Notes: generated from the letters alone by a model not told the origin. A DNA stretch of 64,000 nt from Eledone cirrhosa (GCA_964016885.1 OZ024740.1:376154001-376218000); one strand, 5' to 3'; shown: positions 39,222-53,238, counted from the first letter of the stretch. Numbers and translations: made by a program.

Positions 39222-39451
39222 TGAGATACCAGAATGGAGGAAACAATGTATATGTGCATTATGTTGTGCTGCAAAACATGGATCTTCTAAGAAATATTGA
39301 GTATATCTTGCTCGATCACCAGATTTAATAAAACATATATGCTTAACAGTTTTTCCAGATGAGGCACAAACTGGCTCAGTATTTGTGGAAACATTTCTCA
39401 GTTTATCAATTGTTTTCCTAAGAATAGGCTTTCTCACACCATACAATATAT
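39222..39451 (-). CDS. Candidate internal coding exon of an unidentified gene
   Basis: Acceptor ttatag and donor gtaagt bound a 230-nt stop-free frame (ILYGVRKPILRK...FLEDPCFAAQHNAHIHCFLHSGIS) in non-repetitive DNA. Confidence 0.45.
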
Positions 39452-41739
39452 CTATAACATTAAAATTTCAGATATACTTTATCGGAGCCGAATGTGTGAT
39501 GAAATGTTTATTTGCTCAAGCTAAGTAACTTACCAAAATTATTTCGTCATGAGGTATCTAATTTGTCTTTACATAAAATACGGGATTTGCGATTGTTACT
39601 AAATAAAATACTATTCAAATCATTATATCTATTTTGCAATAATGTTGATATTTAAGGGAGAAACACTATAGGAAGTAAGATTATTTACATTATGAAATTA
39701 ATGTAACTGCAGACATTTTTACCAAATTATCAAAACGAACACACAGAAGATATGAGTTTAACTTAGTATATATTATCAGTTACACGCGAGAAATCAGAAT
39801 TACAATGGTATTTCAGTTGAAAGATAATATTATCCGAATTATTGATGCCTGACAGATTTAAAATTAGATTAGTTTAAATTATCTCTTTATTACACTTAAT
39901 GTGTACCATAAAATAACGTATTTTCATTAGGAAAGTTATGATTATTCGGAAGCCACATAATGTCTTACTATTATCCTTTCTATAATTGAATAGTATCACA
40001 CGTTAAATACTACAGCTATTTGTTTTGTTTTACTTGTTGTTCGTTGGAATGTTTGATGTGCGCGCTACACAGTGAAATGGATTATGAATTATTCTTTGGA
40101 TAATATCCTGAATTAGATTGTCAATAATTACTGATTTCATTTTAAATCAAATTGGATGAAGATACATTGTAGAAATATAATTGAATAACAGAAGTTAAAA
40201 TCTTTCAGATATTGCATCGCTGACCAAACGAGAATGAAAAAAAAATTACCACTCGTTATATTCTAAATCTGAAAGATAATGCACCAGTGAGAAATAGATA
40301 TGTCAATATTGTATTTTCGTATATACAAATAACGATAGCAACAAATGAACAAAAAAGGCAATATATAAGTACGTTTTTTGTGGATTATAAATGTTCCTTC
40401 AAAGTACGTTGATATATCGAAATGATGGAACAAACCAAAAGCTCTCTTAGCAACAGGATGACTGCATAATCATGCAGAAATATATAAGGCAAAGTAGAGG
40501 TACAGTGTAAATGTCAATATCAACTTCCGTCAAACTAAATATACGAATATACATCCAAATACGAACGAGATACAGAGATAAAGATATGTATGTTTTTGTA
40601 TGCACATAACTTGACATATCCATACGTACACAGAGAGATACTTCCCCTCTCTTTCTCTGTCAATCTATATCTATATATCTATATCTATCTATATATATCG
40701 AGAGAGATTTTTGTCTGTATACGTTATGTCTATGTGTATATATGCGTGCTTTTTATGTACGCGTATAAACATGTATGTAACGTAAACTAGCTATATCTAC
40801 ACATGAATAGACATATAGATAATCAATATCCGTTGAAATACATTTCAATACAATATGTATCTATGCTGTATTTTCACATGATCAGAATATAACTCACCTC
40901 TTTGGGTTGGTATCAGTTTGTTTGTTGTAAAAGAAAATGATATATATTATATATACACTACTCACGTACACACACGCAGTCTTTTAGATGATACTAATCT
41001 TGTATTTAGAAGTGAAAACAACCATCTTGAGAAACCTTATGAAATTTGAAATTTGAAACGTAATCGTCCCAACGTGAATGACTAATAATTATCAATCATC
41101 ATATATATAATTTGTTCTTAAAATATGGTTTAGACCGAATTAATTCAATGCATCTGGAATACATCTGTTGTTTTCAATTCTAGTCACCAGTAGAATTTGA
41201 CGAAACAGTTGCTGTGATAGTTAAAGCACATATCTAGCATTTTTGCGATCTTGGATTGTTCGCCGACATTTTACCCAGTTTTTCCGTCTCCAGGATCACT
41301 TTACCTGATTCCCTCCAATTATATGTATAATGAGCGACAGACATAATAATCCTTCTCAATTAGAAATAAATAGGCAAAATAAAATAGTTCAAACCCTCGT
41401 CAAAATATCTGCAAATGTGATTCTGTGAGTGTATCTGTGTGTATCTGCATTTTTGCTGTTTTTTATCACTGTAAAACTAGATGCTCCTTCTTTGTTTAAA
41501 TTTCTTCTTATTTACCGGCGTGGTACCTCTCTCTCTTTATCACTATCTCATACACACATACACTCTTTCTTTCTCTACCCCTATTTGACCAATATCTATA
41601 ATTATCACCTTCAGGAGTTACCACTTTCGCACCCTGTCTGCACCCTACCCTGTACTAATGGAAAAACATTCACTGTCTCATATTAGGCTATCGCGACGAG
41701 GGGTCTGTTTTCGACTTAATTTCCTGATATGAATAGCAG

Positions 41740-42233
41740 ACAGATCTGCTTTTCATTACGCAATACCATCTTCTAAAAGAAACGCGTTGACGACAAGAAC
41801 ATTGTAGTAGACGCATTACTTATGGAAATGAGTAGACATAATTATAGCTGTAATGACTTTGACAATAGTGTTGTCCAGTCGGAAATGCACGAAGGCTAAA
41901 CAGCACAAACAACAATCATATCCAAGGATACACAACATAGTCAGGTAGACTGTTAGAGATAGCAGCCAAATTACCTTTGAAGCATATCCATCTGGTTTGA
42001 AAAAGGAAGGATATTCTGGATAATTCAATACGTGATAAAGCATTATGTCCAAAAATAGCATACATAGTGGCTGTGATATTACTGAGCATTGGTCTACTAC
42101 ATCGTGTTTTAAGTGGGGCTAGATAAACGGAAACTCCAATGCTTATTTGATATATAAAATTCAACAGAGGAGCGGCTACATTGTTTCACGGGCTCCTAGA
42201 TAGAGTAAAATTATTTCTCTCCAATTCCACCAT
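41740..42233 (-). pseudogene. Possible decayed 7TM/GPCR-like fragment
   Basis: Successive hydrophobic segments with LFLDIML and SKVIWLLSLTVYLTMLCILGYDCCL, loosely resembling TM2/TM3-DRY. Needs a stop read-through and frameshifts. Confidence 0.25.
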
Positions 42234-42250
42234 GTCGTCCTGGAATAAAT

Positions 42251-42287
<37 letters not shown>

Positions 42288-42315
42288 ATATACCCTCTCT
42301 CTCTCTGTCTCTCTG

Positions 42316-42404
<89 letters not shown>

Positions 42405-42408
<4 letters not shown>

Positions 42409-42500
42409 GAAGCTCCTTCTATGAAATAAAAAATGTTTACTCTGCCATGTATTGAGTACCTTACTTACTGTGGTTATCTCCGACTCAACCCGGGACCTAC

Positions 42501-42564
<64 letters not shown>

Positions 42565-42884
42565 AAATTAAATAAAAGTCAAATGATTAAAATTTAGCTT
42601 CGTTTATTACTGCTATATATATTTCAGTGACAGCCATCTTTGGCTGTGACCTCTTCAGGCAGTTTGAATTAGTATGGTATAGACAAGTACATATGTTGTT
42701 TAGGTGTATGATATTGTCACTACTCTGATATGCCCAGTTCCTTGCTGGGTTGTTAATTCACTGGGGAACTGGAGTCATATACAACCAACATAAACTCAAA
42801 ATCTATATATATATATATATATATTCTGCCATGTATTGAGTACTTTACTTACTGTGGTTATCCCCGACTCAACCCGGGACCTAC

Positions 42885-42922
<38 letters not shown>

Positions 42923-43268
42923 GTCGGTCCGGGGTTGAGTCGGAGATAACCACAGTAAGTAAGGTACTCAATACATGGCAGAGTAAACATTTTTTATTTT
43001 ATAGAAGGAGCTTCTACAGAACTAGTACTGTTTCATTCAGATGAAACAGTACTAGTCCTGTAGAAGCTCCTTCTATGAAATAATTTGTTTTTACTCTGCC
43101 ATGTATTGAGTACCTTACTTACTTTCATCTGAATGAAACAGTACTAGTCCTGTAGAAGCTCCTTCTCTAAAATAAAAAAAATGTTTACTCTGCCATGTAT
43201 TGAGTACCTTACTTACTTTTCATCTGAATGAAACAGTACTAGTCCTGTAGAAGCTCCTTCTATAAAAT

Positions 43269-43272
<4 letters not shown>
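42405..43272. mobile_element. Cluster of short PLE-end fragments, including a fold-back and three 92-95-bp tandem units
   Basis: GTAGAAGCTCCTTCTAT..ACTCTGCCATGTATTGAGTACC is repeated directly and inverted. GAAACAGTACTAGTC at 43043, 43135 and 43230. Confidence 0.8.
42609..42663 (-). ncRNA. Type I hammerhead ribozyme
   Basis: ACTGC-CTGAAGA-GGTcACAGCC..GGCTGTcACT-GAAAT-ATAT-ATA-GCAGT. Confidence 0.85.
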
Positions 43273-43324
<52 letters not shown>

Positions 43325-43934
43325 GGTGGGCCTTATTCTTCAACATTCCACAAGTTTAGCTCCAATCGCCCTATCTTGTTTCAATAAAAAAACAATTAAT
43401 CTATGCAAAACTTTAGCTCAAGCGAACAACCTCAAGGCGACCCTAATCGACCGTTTTTGAAGTTTACTCCCGCAAAGTCATTTTTTCATATAAAAACGTT
43501 TTATCTCTTATATAATTTTCTCTTAAATTAAAAACTTGTTCAGACTTATTCTTGGTATTAGAAGTGTAAGTGACAATAAATATAATAGGGAAGGTAAATT
43601 GCAAAGCTGGGGATAGAGCATAGGTATGGGGTAAACAACTATATTTCCCTGTGGGAGCAGCACAATTTTAATTTTTCAAAAATTACCTATTGCTAAGGGC
43701 CACTCCTTATCCGTATGTGGTTGACAGCTGACAGAAATTAGTACTCGGTATTTAGTAATTTATACCCACCCACCCTACACACACGCACACATACACACAC
43801 ACACACATACACATATATATATATGATATGTATATATATATATATATATATATCTCCTTACAATCCTTGCTTACATATTTCTCCTTGCTCCTCTTTTCTC
43901 ATTGCATGTGTATATGAACAAATACATAGATACA

Positions 43935-44350
43935 ATGGGAGAGGAGGGAGAAAAGGAGAGCAAGGAAAGCAATGAAAAAGGGAGAGCAAGGAGAGTATGG
44001 GTAAATGGAGAGCAATTAGAGCAATGAGAAATGGAGAGCAAGGAAGGCAAGTATAAAAGGGGAGCAAATAGAGCAATAAGAAAAGGAGAGCAAGAAGAAC
44101 AAGAAGAGCAAGGATAGGAAGGATAAACGGAGAGCAAGGAGAGCAAGGAGAACAATGAGAAAAGGAGTGCAAGGAGGACAATGATAAAAGGAGAGCAAGA
44201 AGAGAAAGGAGAACATGAGAGCAATGAGAAAAGGAGAGCAATGAGAACAGGAGAGCAAGGGGAGCAAGGATGAAAGGAGACCAAAGAGAGGAATGAGAAA
44301 GCGAGAGCAAGGAGGACAATGAGAAAAGGAGAGCAAAGAGAGCAAGGAAA
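43935..44350 (+). repeat. Purine-rich GGAGAGCAA-type minisatellite
   Basis: Directly visible. It produces the L/S/F-rich pseudo-ORFs. Confidence 0.9.
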
Positions 44351-44758
44351 GGTTAAGGCAAATATTGCTCAAGTTATGGCGGAAGCAGACATAGAAGGAA
44401 AAAATCAACTGAAGTGGTACATTCTGCACCAAAATGACCTTTCTGCCTTTAACAACATCGAACATTTCGTCTTTTGTAACTCCTGGTACAAAAACTTTCT
44501 TCACGAGATTTTCTATCAGCACCGATTTCCTCGACCCTTCAACATGGAAGGATAATCCTGGTTACAAAAGTGGACTTGAAAGACTTGAGAAGACAGTTGT
44601 TGTGAATGATGTTGCAGAAAGAGGTCTCAAACTCATTCAGATTACAATAACATTCTCACAAGAGATGAAATTGAGAAACAATTTGTTTTACAGATCGTTA
44701 CAGACACCGTAAAACATACCCAACTGCCTCTAGATCCTCTCATGCAAAAATAATGTTT

Positions 44759-44951
44759 AATTGTTTCTACTTTTGGTACCAGGCCAGCATTTATCCCAGC
44801 GCATTACTGGTACTTTATTTTATCGACCTCGTAACGATGAAAGGCAAAGTTAACCTCGGCGGGATTTGAACTCAGAACATAAAGGGAGGTAACTCTATGC
44901 TTCAAAAGCATGGTGCCCGACCCTCTACCGATACTGCCAAACCACCGCCCT
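44759..44951 (-). mobile_element. tRNA-derived SINE of octopus type with 16-bp target-site duplication
   Basis: Minus strand has an A box (TGGCAGTATCGG), a B box (GAGTTCAAATCC) and the body CTTTGCCTTTCATC..GTCGATAAAATAAAGTACCAGT. TGCAAAAATAATGTTT at 44743-44758 and 44952-44967. Confidence 0.88.
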
Positions 44952-45484
44952 TGCAAAAATAATGTTTTCGATTAACATTATGTTTAACATTATGTTTTCG
45001 ATTCTATAGAAAATATTGTTGTAAATAAAAATACGTTTCTTATAGAAGTTTTGCGCTTTTTCTTAGAAAACCTAATATTTATTAAGTTTTTCATGTTATT
45101 TCAGGAATTTTTCAAATTACCTATTAGTAAATTTGATTCAGAACGTTTTTGAATATTTGCTGGTGTGGCCTGGATGTGTCCACAGAAAATGGTCGAGATA
45201 GGGGACAGTATACCGCTTTTGAATAGAATTAATCGTTGCGTATACTATGTTCCAAATTCAAGGCGTTTGAGGGTCACCTATCGGTTATCCGATTGAGCTG
45301 AAATATTACACACCCCGTGATGTTTTTGATTGGAACAGGATTAGTGGGTGAGAGCAGCAAATTTTACACTTTCAGAAAAGAATTACCTATTGCTAAGGGC
45401 TACCCTAAGTATTGAGTACTTTGGTGCATTATGGTCCATCTGGTTCCTTACCACAATTCCTTCGTCATATATATGTATACATAT

Positions 45485-45840
45485 CACGATAAATTAACGG
45501 AGCCATAGACTCTCGCTACTCCCTGTCAGTATGTGCTCAAAGGAGAAGGAATCCCGAGCTGTTTATAATACAATATGTTGAAAAGATAACACACTAGAGA
45601 GAGAGATAGTGCGCCATCAATCAAACAGGGAAAAACCACCAGTGCATAGAATCTATAGCCCATGGAAGGCAGAGTAAACACACAATCATTAAAAGTATAA
45701 ATTAAAGTGTTAAAGTTATTGTGTGTCTACTCTGCCTTCCATGGGCTATAGATTCTATACACTGATGGTTTTTCCCTGTTTGATTGATGGCGCACTATCT
45801 CTCTCTCTAGTGTGTTATCTTTTCAACATATTGTATTATA
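45485..45840 (-). mobile_element. Fold-back element (about 123-bp arms plus 80-nt tail)
   Basis: 45564-45686 is inverted at 45718-45840. The tail carries the bulged hairpin (45535-45559). Confidence 0.8.
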
Positions 45841-46676
45841 TGTATACATATATATATATATATATATAATATTAAGGATACTATTTATGGTTATGTATAT
45901 ATTAAACTGTTTATAGTTATGTATATTTTAAACCTTAAACAGTGAAGGTTCAGTAATTTATTACTACCTTATTACCAGTAAGATAAATAGCTCAATGTAA
46001 TAACATCAGTTGTTCTACAGAGCAGTTATATAGAATTCACAAGAATCAAAGCTATGTTCAAAGCATTTATTCACTTCCAATTGTTTCATCCAAAACTAGG
46101 CTTAGAGTCTTCGGAGCATGTTTCAATGTTTGTACACATAATTGACCGCCTTTCCGACGCAAGAGACATACAGTTACGTATATATATATATTGATGTACA
46201 GTGGAGTGGAGATATATTATACTATACTATTTTTGTACAGCAATTCAAATTCAAGATCAAAATCAAAATCAAAATTAAAATAGAAATAAAAATTAAAACA
46301 GATTCGGCAGATAACACAGATAATGCAGGAGGATAGTTTGCTAGTCAGATCTAGTAGGTAGTATATGCGTTAGTTACACGCGGAGCATGCAAGTGTGTCT
46401 CATTTTTATAAGATTATTGTGTGGCAAGGTGTTACATGTAATGCAAGCACATTAAGCGGGTAAGCAAGAGTATTATGGTGCTTGTAGTGGTAGAGTATTT
46501 TTCGTATAGATCAAAAAAGTATGAGTGCAGAAAAATAAAAAAAAGAAGCCAAAGAAAGTTATGATTTTCATATCCACCACCATTTTCACATTCAGAAAAA
46601 GTAAGACATAGTTTTTAAATCCATCACATAAGTAACGATGATATATTATTATATATATATATATATAATATATTAT

Positions 46677-46741
<65 letters not shown>

Positions 46742-46746
<5 letters not shown>

Positions 46747-47010
46747 ATACTTTGGGAGGGTCATGTTGCCAATAAGAAACACACGCACCAGTTGCTTTCA
46801 CTTCAATTTATTATAATAAATTTATAAATTTAGGAATTTATAAATTTCTGGTTGGTTGGTTGGTTCTACAACCAGATAGTTGTTTATATATTGTCAAGGT
46901 TCTTTCGTCACACATTCTGTGACCTCTTCAGTGACTGGGGATTATTTTCTTTTTTTTGTGACACACACAGAAACAAAATGGCGTAGGACAGCACAAAGGA
47001 GCGGCACAAC
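46742..47010 (-). mobile_element. Family W pLTR fragment with decayed HHR (about 46893-46935)
   Basis: Similar to 8900-9100 and 31515-31740. Confidence 0.7.
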
Positions 47011-47018
47011 ATATATAA

Positions 47019-49389
47019 ATGAAAACAGGGGGAAAGAGACGATTATTAGGAAGAAAAATATTTTTTTTTCCATTTTTGTTTCTTTCTCTCTTTTTTCTGG
47101 GTTAGAAAATGATTAAAACGAAATGTTTTACTTTGTTTGAAGTGTTAAGGTATTAGTTGATTTATTTATTATTTAACAATGGCATTTATTTATCTATTTA
47201 TATATTTAATAATTGTCTATTACCGGTTTCAGCATTTTTATGTATTATCAAATGATAGTGGTGAAATGTATTAGTGTGGTGTTGCACATGTTAAACAGAA
47301 GGTGCAGAAAGAATAATGTTATTTACAAACAAAGTTTATGAAGTGAAAAGGAAAAAGAAAGAAGAAAAAAGAAAAAAGAAAAAGAAAAAAGAAAAAATAA
47401 AAAAGAAAAAAGAAAAAAGAAAAAAGAAAAAAGAAAAAAGAAAAAAGAAAAAAGAAAAAAGAAAAAAGAAAAAAGAAAAAAGAAAAAAGAAAAAAGAAAA
47501 AAGAAAAAGGAATTCAATGCCAAATACTTCAGACAGAAATCTTGGACTGCCATGGGCCCGAAAGTGGCCCCCTGATACTTTGTCATGGGATATTTGGAAA
47601 CCAGTCTCTACTGCAAAGTTCTAGACAAATACGGCAACCACTTCTACCAACACATAGAAAAGAACTGGAAGAGATATCTGGACGACTGCTTCTTCCTCTG
47701 GCATGAAAGTATAGATAGACTGTTTGAGTTTAAAACCCTTCTGAATGGATTCAACACAAACTTACAATTCACAATGGATTACAGCCATGAACAACTCCGT
47801 TTCCTGGACATCCTCACCAAGAAAACAATCAAGAAAATAGAAACAGACATATACTACAAACCCAGGGACTCCAAACAATACCTTCCATTCAACTCATGCC
47901 ATCCTAGACACACCTAAATGGCAATTCCTTATAACATAGCCAGAAGGATCTGCACAATAGTTTCAGATAAATACACATGCTACACACGACTAGAAACATT
48001 TTAAAAAACACTTATCAGCAGAAACTACCCACCATCCCTAATCACCAATGCCCTAAAACTTGACATGCAGGAATTCAGACACCCCAAACCCAGGAATGAA
48101 CCGCAACAAAAACTCTAGCATACATCTCCACACACAACTCCCTCAACAATGAGGCATTCGACACCATCCTTTAGAATATTCCTTTACTAAAACGAGACCC
48201 AAGAATGAACAAAATCCTCCAAACACACAACATCATAAAGAGCAAAAGACAACCTAAATCCATAAAAAACATCCTCACACAAGCCAACATGCAAGAAACC
48301 CTCACAATGAACCCTAAAGTAACAAAATGCGGAAGGCCCAAATGTGGCATATGCATAAATCTAATAGAAAGTTCAACATTCCATTTTAAACAAGGACAGC
48401 GTTTCACAGTTAAACACAACTTTACATGTGCATCTGAAAACCTAATCTATGTTTTGACCTGCTCAGGTTGTCAAGAGCACAACATAGGACAGACAAAAAA
48501 CAGCCTCCGTCAACGTATGACCGTCCATAAATCACAAATTAAAATACAGGAATACAGAAAGATTGCATTTAGTGAACATATCGCCAATTGTGCTCACAAC
48601 CAACATCCAAACTTAAAAGTTTTCCCCATTTACAAATTCATAGACAACGCTAATTTCATCCAACGTACCAATAAGGAAACATATTTCATTAACAAATTCC
48701 AAACTCTACTTAATGCTCTAAAAATCGGACCAATCTAAAACTGCAACAAACAATCAATATTTACAAGAGTTACCTCCCTCACACCCTACCTAATCATTTT
48801 TTTTTAAATACATTAAATATGATCCAGCATGAATTGCTTCCCCCTGCATATTAACTCACTAAAAAGGGAAATCATATCAAACCTCAGTCCGCCATTTAAC
48901 TCCATCATGGAATCATGGATCAACTAAGCACTCTTGCTATATTAACACATTTTGATCAGCTTAACTTCAGTAACTATGCGTGTAAATAACATTATATTTT
49001 CTTCCACGTTGGCTTATTATGCTATACATTATGCACGTTTTTTATTCCTTTTTCTTTTTTCGTTTTTCTTTTCACTTCATAAACCTTGTTTGTAAATAAC
49101 ATTATTCTTTCTGCACCTTCTGTTTAACATGTGCGACACCACACTAATACATTTCACTATCATTTGATGATGCATAAAAATGCTGAAACCGGTAATAGAC
49201 AAATATTAAATATATACATAAATAAATAAATGCCATTGTTAAATAACAAATAAATCAACTAATACCTTAACACTTCACACAAAGTAAAACATTTCGTTTT
49301 AATCATTTTCTAACCCAAAAAATGAGAGAGAGAAACAAAAAAGGTAAACAATATATGTTTCTTCCTAATAATCGTCTCTTTCTCCCTCT

Positions 49390-49395
<6 letters not shown>
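47019..49395 (+). mobile_element. 5'-truncated Neptune-like PLE with inverted pLTR (47019-47365 / 49050-49395)
   Basis: TAMGPKVAP..MGYLE; WKRYLDDCF; FLDI; DIYYKP.DSKQYL..SCHP; CGRPKCGIC; NLIYVLTCSGC..IGQTKNSLRQRM..H. HHR-like motifs at 47215-47258 (-) and 49160-49199 (+). (GAAAAAA)n at the inversion junction. Confidence 0.9.
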
Positions 49396-49428
<33 letters not shown>

Positions 49429-49429
49429 T

Positions 49430-49742
49430 TTCGTATCTCCAAAGAACACGGATTTAGGAACCCGTAGCTATGCAAACACCGGGGGTCTAGCGCCCTCTGG
49501 TGATGTCCAGCAGAAGCAAGGCGGACAACAGTCTATGCATTTCAGGCTTAACTGGCCTCCGTCAGGATGGTCCCTCCAACCGCTTGCGACCGCTGGACTA
49601 GAAGACAGGCGAGAATATATACTTTTCTCGTCTTTGTAAATAAGGTGATTAATCTCATTTGCATATGAAGCTGCATAAGTTGGCTCAACTTATAATAAAA
49701 AAGAAATTGTATTTCGCTTCAAGCATAGCTTTATACAGTCTG
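49430..49742 (-). mobile_element. Single about 305-bp family X unit with decayed HHR (CTGACGG)
   Basis: Homologous to 17537-17800. Confidence 0.75.
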
Positions 49743-49747
49743 TATAT

Positions 49748-49982
<235 letters not shown>

Positions 49983-50142
49983 CATATATATATTATATAT
50001 ACATATATGTGTATATATATATATATTTAGTTGTGTAATAAACAATATAAGACAATTATTTCATGTACTAGTGGTTTCTTAAAGGCATATGTTATGTCTT
50101 CCTTCAGTCGTCAGAATGAATAAATAACATGGTGTTTTCATT

Positions 50143-51215
50143 AAATAGTAGCAGTGGTACCCGGTGTTGCACGGGATAAGGTATTGTGAAATATATAACC
50201 GCCTTAGTATTGCCACAGACACGGCTGGCAAAAAAGTAAAGGTCTGGTGGTACGTAAGTAAGCAACACTGTGGCTTAAAACGCGAGGAAGAATTTGTGTG
50301 CACTTACCAACTGTTTGGAGAATGAGTGTGAGATCTGTCTTGAGCAAGGGTGGCAATATAACCAGAGGCAGCAGACAGCCAGACATACAGACATATGTTA
50401 AAAGGGCGCTTTCTAGACGTAGAGCGAATTGTAGGAAGTGACATAATGCACACAGATATTATAAGGGCGCGACGTTATATGTATGTATCTATCTAAAAAG
50501 AGAAATACTAATAATTATAGAGAGAGATCGCTAAATCGCCTAATGCGGTCCTTAGGGCACTCCCTCAAACATAAATATTACATGTGTAAAGTTTGAAAAC
50601 AGTCGGTTGGGTGGTTCTTTAGTTTTATGGATTCAAACTCCCACACACACACACAGCCATCCTCAGTTTTATATATATATATAGACTAGCCGGTGGGTGG
50701 TTTTCTGCTAGTCTATATATCTAAAACAGAGAATGTCTGTCTGTCTGTCAGCTTACTAAAACTTGAGAACCATCGAACCGATTGTTTTCAAACTTTAGAC
50801 ATGTAATACTTATGGTCCTGTGAGTGTTTTGAGCAAAGAGTATTTCAAATGTTCAATGCCCTAGGGACCGCATTAGGCGATTTAGCGTTCCCTCTATATA
50901 ATTCTTAGTCTTTCTTTTTAGATAGATACATAGATATAACGTTGCGCCCTTATAATATCTGTCCGTATGTCTGGCTGTCTGCATTACGTCATTGTGACGC
51001 GCTCAGCGCGATTCCCTCGGCCTCAGTGACCAAAGTTAGTGGAGAGGGGAAGGTAATGTTTCTGTAGCACGTGTTTTAGCGTCTATTCACTCTCTCTCTC
51101 CCTCTCTCCCTCCCGCTATCCCCCTCTCGTAGTCTGTCTCTTTCTTTCACTCTCTCTCTCTACGCACGTGTTTCCACTGTCGGACAGACAGAGAGAGAAA
51201 TTGCTGGTTATATAT
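50143..51215. mobile_element. Two head-to-head non-autonomous Helitron-like elements (about 50143-50683 minus; about 50712-51215 plus)
   Basis: TCTATATAT..AAAAC(T/A)GAG..TGTCTG 5' ends. The minus copy ends in the hairpin CCCGTGCAACACCGGG plus CTGCTA(C)T. CTAGT sits directly before each 5' end. 50450-50690 mirrors 50707-50965. Confidence 0.65.
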
Positions 51216-51594
51216 ATAAGTAGATGGATTAGAAAACAACATTTAGGAAATATGAAAGTGAGGCTGACAAAAACGGGCATAAAGGAATTAGGGGAAAAAA
51301 TATATAATTAATATCCAGAACATAAACATACACACACTAAACCACGCGTATATACGTAATAGTACACACTGTATACTTTCTCACATAAGCGTATTTGGGT
51401 CTACATGGAAATACGATCATGCACATAAATACATACACATACATATACACAAAAATATATGCACTCATATATGTACACACAAAAACAAACACACATATAT
51501 AAAAAAGGGTATACAAACAAATACATACATACATAAACACACAAAAAGACAAAAACAAGAGGCTCTATACAAACGCGCACATGTATATACACAT

Positions 51595-51627
<33 letters not shown>

Positions 51628-52357
51628 AATATATAAAGTTATAGATATATATATGTTGCAACTGGTCACTTTTAAGCTCTATGAAGAATTAATAAATTAA
51701 AAAATCAGAGTAATATATCATAAATCATGTCTTTAGAATCATCAGATAAAATATATACTATTTCTTCTTCTAATTAGCATAATTAACCATATAAAAAATC
51801 AATTAGATCAAGCTATAAGAAGAAAGGCTCTTATGGAGAAATCTCCGACAAATAACAGAACGTAGCCTCTTCCCGGTGGCCCCAATCGAGTATTTATCCA
51901 ACATTTCGACAGCATGTAGAAACTGACTAAATATATCATCAACCATACACAATTAGGTGTAAAATTAAACTTAGAAGAAATGCGTACATACCGTAATTAT
52001 ATCTCTACCATGGTTTCATCCGTATTTTTAGACATCCAAATAATAGGAATGTCCTGACTTAGGATTCATCAGGAGACAAACTCAAGATCAGACATCTAGT
52101 TTTTCAATCCGATCCCGTCAAAAATAGATTCAATAATGGCTAAGAATCGCTATGTGGCTGTGGTCAAGCCAGAAAGAATGTGATTGGTTGCTTACGGCCG
52201 GTAGGCTTGCTGTTAGAATTAGTCCAGAATTAGCCGTCGAAACGGCTTGAGCTCTGCCGTCGGGGTCATACTCGTTCCTATTACCCACTCTGCTACCCTA
52301 AGTATTGAGTATTTTGGTGCGTTATGGTCCATCTGGTTCCTTACAACATTTCCTTCG

Positions 52358-52406
<49 letters not shown>

Positions 52407-52519
52407 TAGATAGATATACCTATACACACATACAAACAAACAGACGTATATGTATATATATAAAAATAAATATATATACATATATATATGCATATATATA
52501 TATATATATATACATATAT

Positions 52520-53238
52520 ATAATAAATAACAAAGAACGCCTATAGCATATGCATATCTTTACTTGCTAACATTGTTTCATCCGCACTATAAGTGGGACT
52601 CATCAGAGCATAAAGGTTAATTACATACCACACAAGCAATAACAAATCCAAGACATTGAAGAATGAAAAATAATAGAAGATAAAGGATATTAAGGAAGTA
52701 AAAGTAAAAATAAAAGTAAAAATAAAAATAAAAATAATAAAATAAACAATGAAAAATAAGGGGTGCTATCAGTCACAGTTGGGCGGGGTGCTGTCAACAT
52801 ATAGTTACATACAAGCATACACATGGATAAGAGAACAGACAAGAGTAGATAAGATAGATAGGATTAGGTAAGAGTAGGTAAAAAATAGGTGAAAAATAGG
52901 TAAAAAATAGACTTATAATATATATAAGAAAATATAAAAAAAAAAAAAATATATAAAAAAAATATTTAAAAAAAAATATAACAAACATACATATAAAATA
53001 TAAAATATACAGATAATAGTGATACAGGGTAAGGAATGAAATAAAATAATATAAAATTAAAATTAAAATTATATAAAATACAACATAATATAATATAATC
53101 ATAAAATAAGATAAAATAAGGTAAACTAAAATAAAATAAAATAGACTAAAATAAAATAATATAATATAAGATATAATTACATGTAATTAAATAAATAAAT
53201 AAATAAAATTAAATAAATAAATAAAATTAAAATTAAAA

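Larger units (their letters stand above)
43321..45408 (+). mobile_element. hATm-like DNA transposon remnants (TIR TTAGGGTG..CCTTA; transposase C-terminus about 44350-44750)
   Basis: Left TTAGGGTGGGCCTTA. Right-end copies at about 43695 and 45394-45408. Peptide VVNDVAERGLKLIQ..ILTRDE.EKQFVLQIV. Confidence 0.7.

Noticed and set aside
43021-43272. CRISPR-like regularly spaced repeats
   Set aside because: Whole units repeat with no unique spacers, there are no cas genes, and the context is eukaryotic.
43858-44522. Leu/Ser-rich membrane-protein-like ORFs
   Set aside because: They are antisense translations of the GGAGAGCAA minisatellite.
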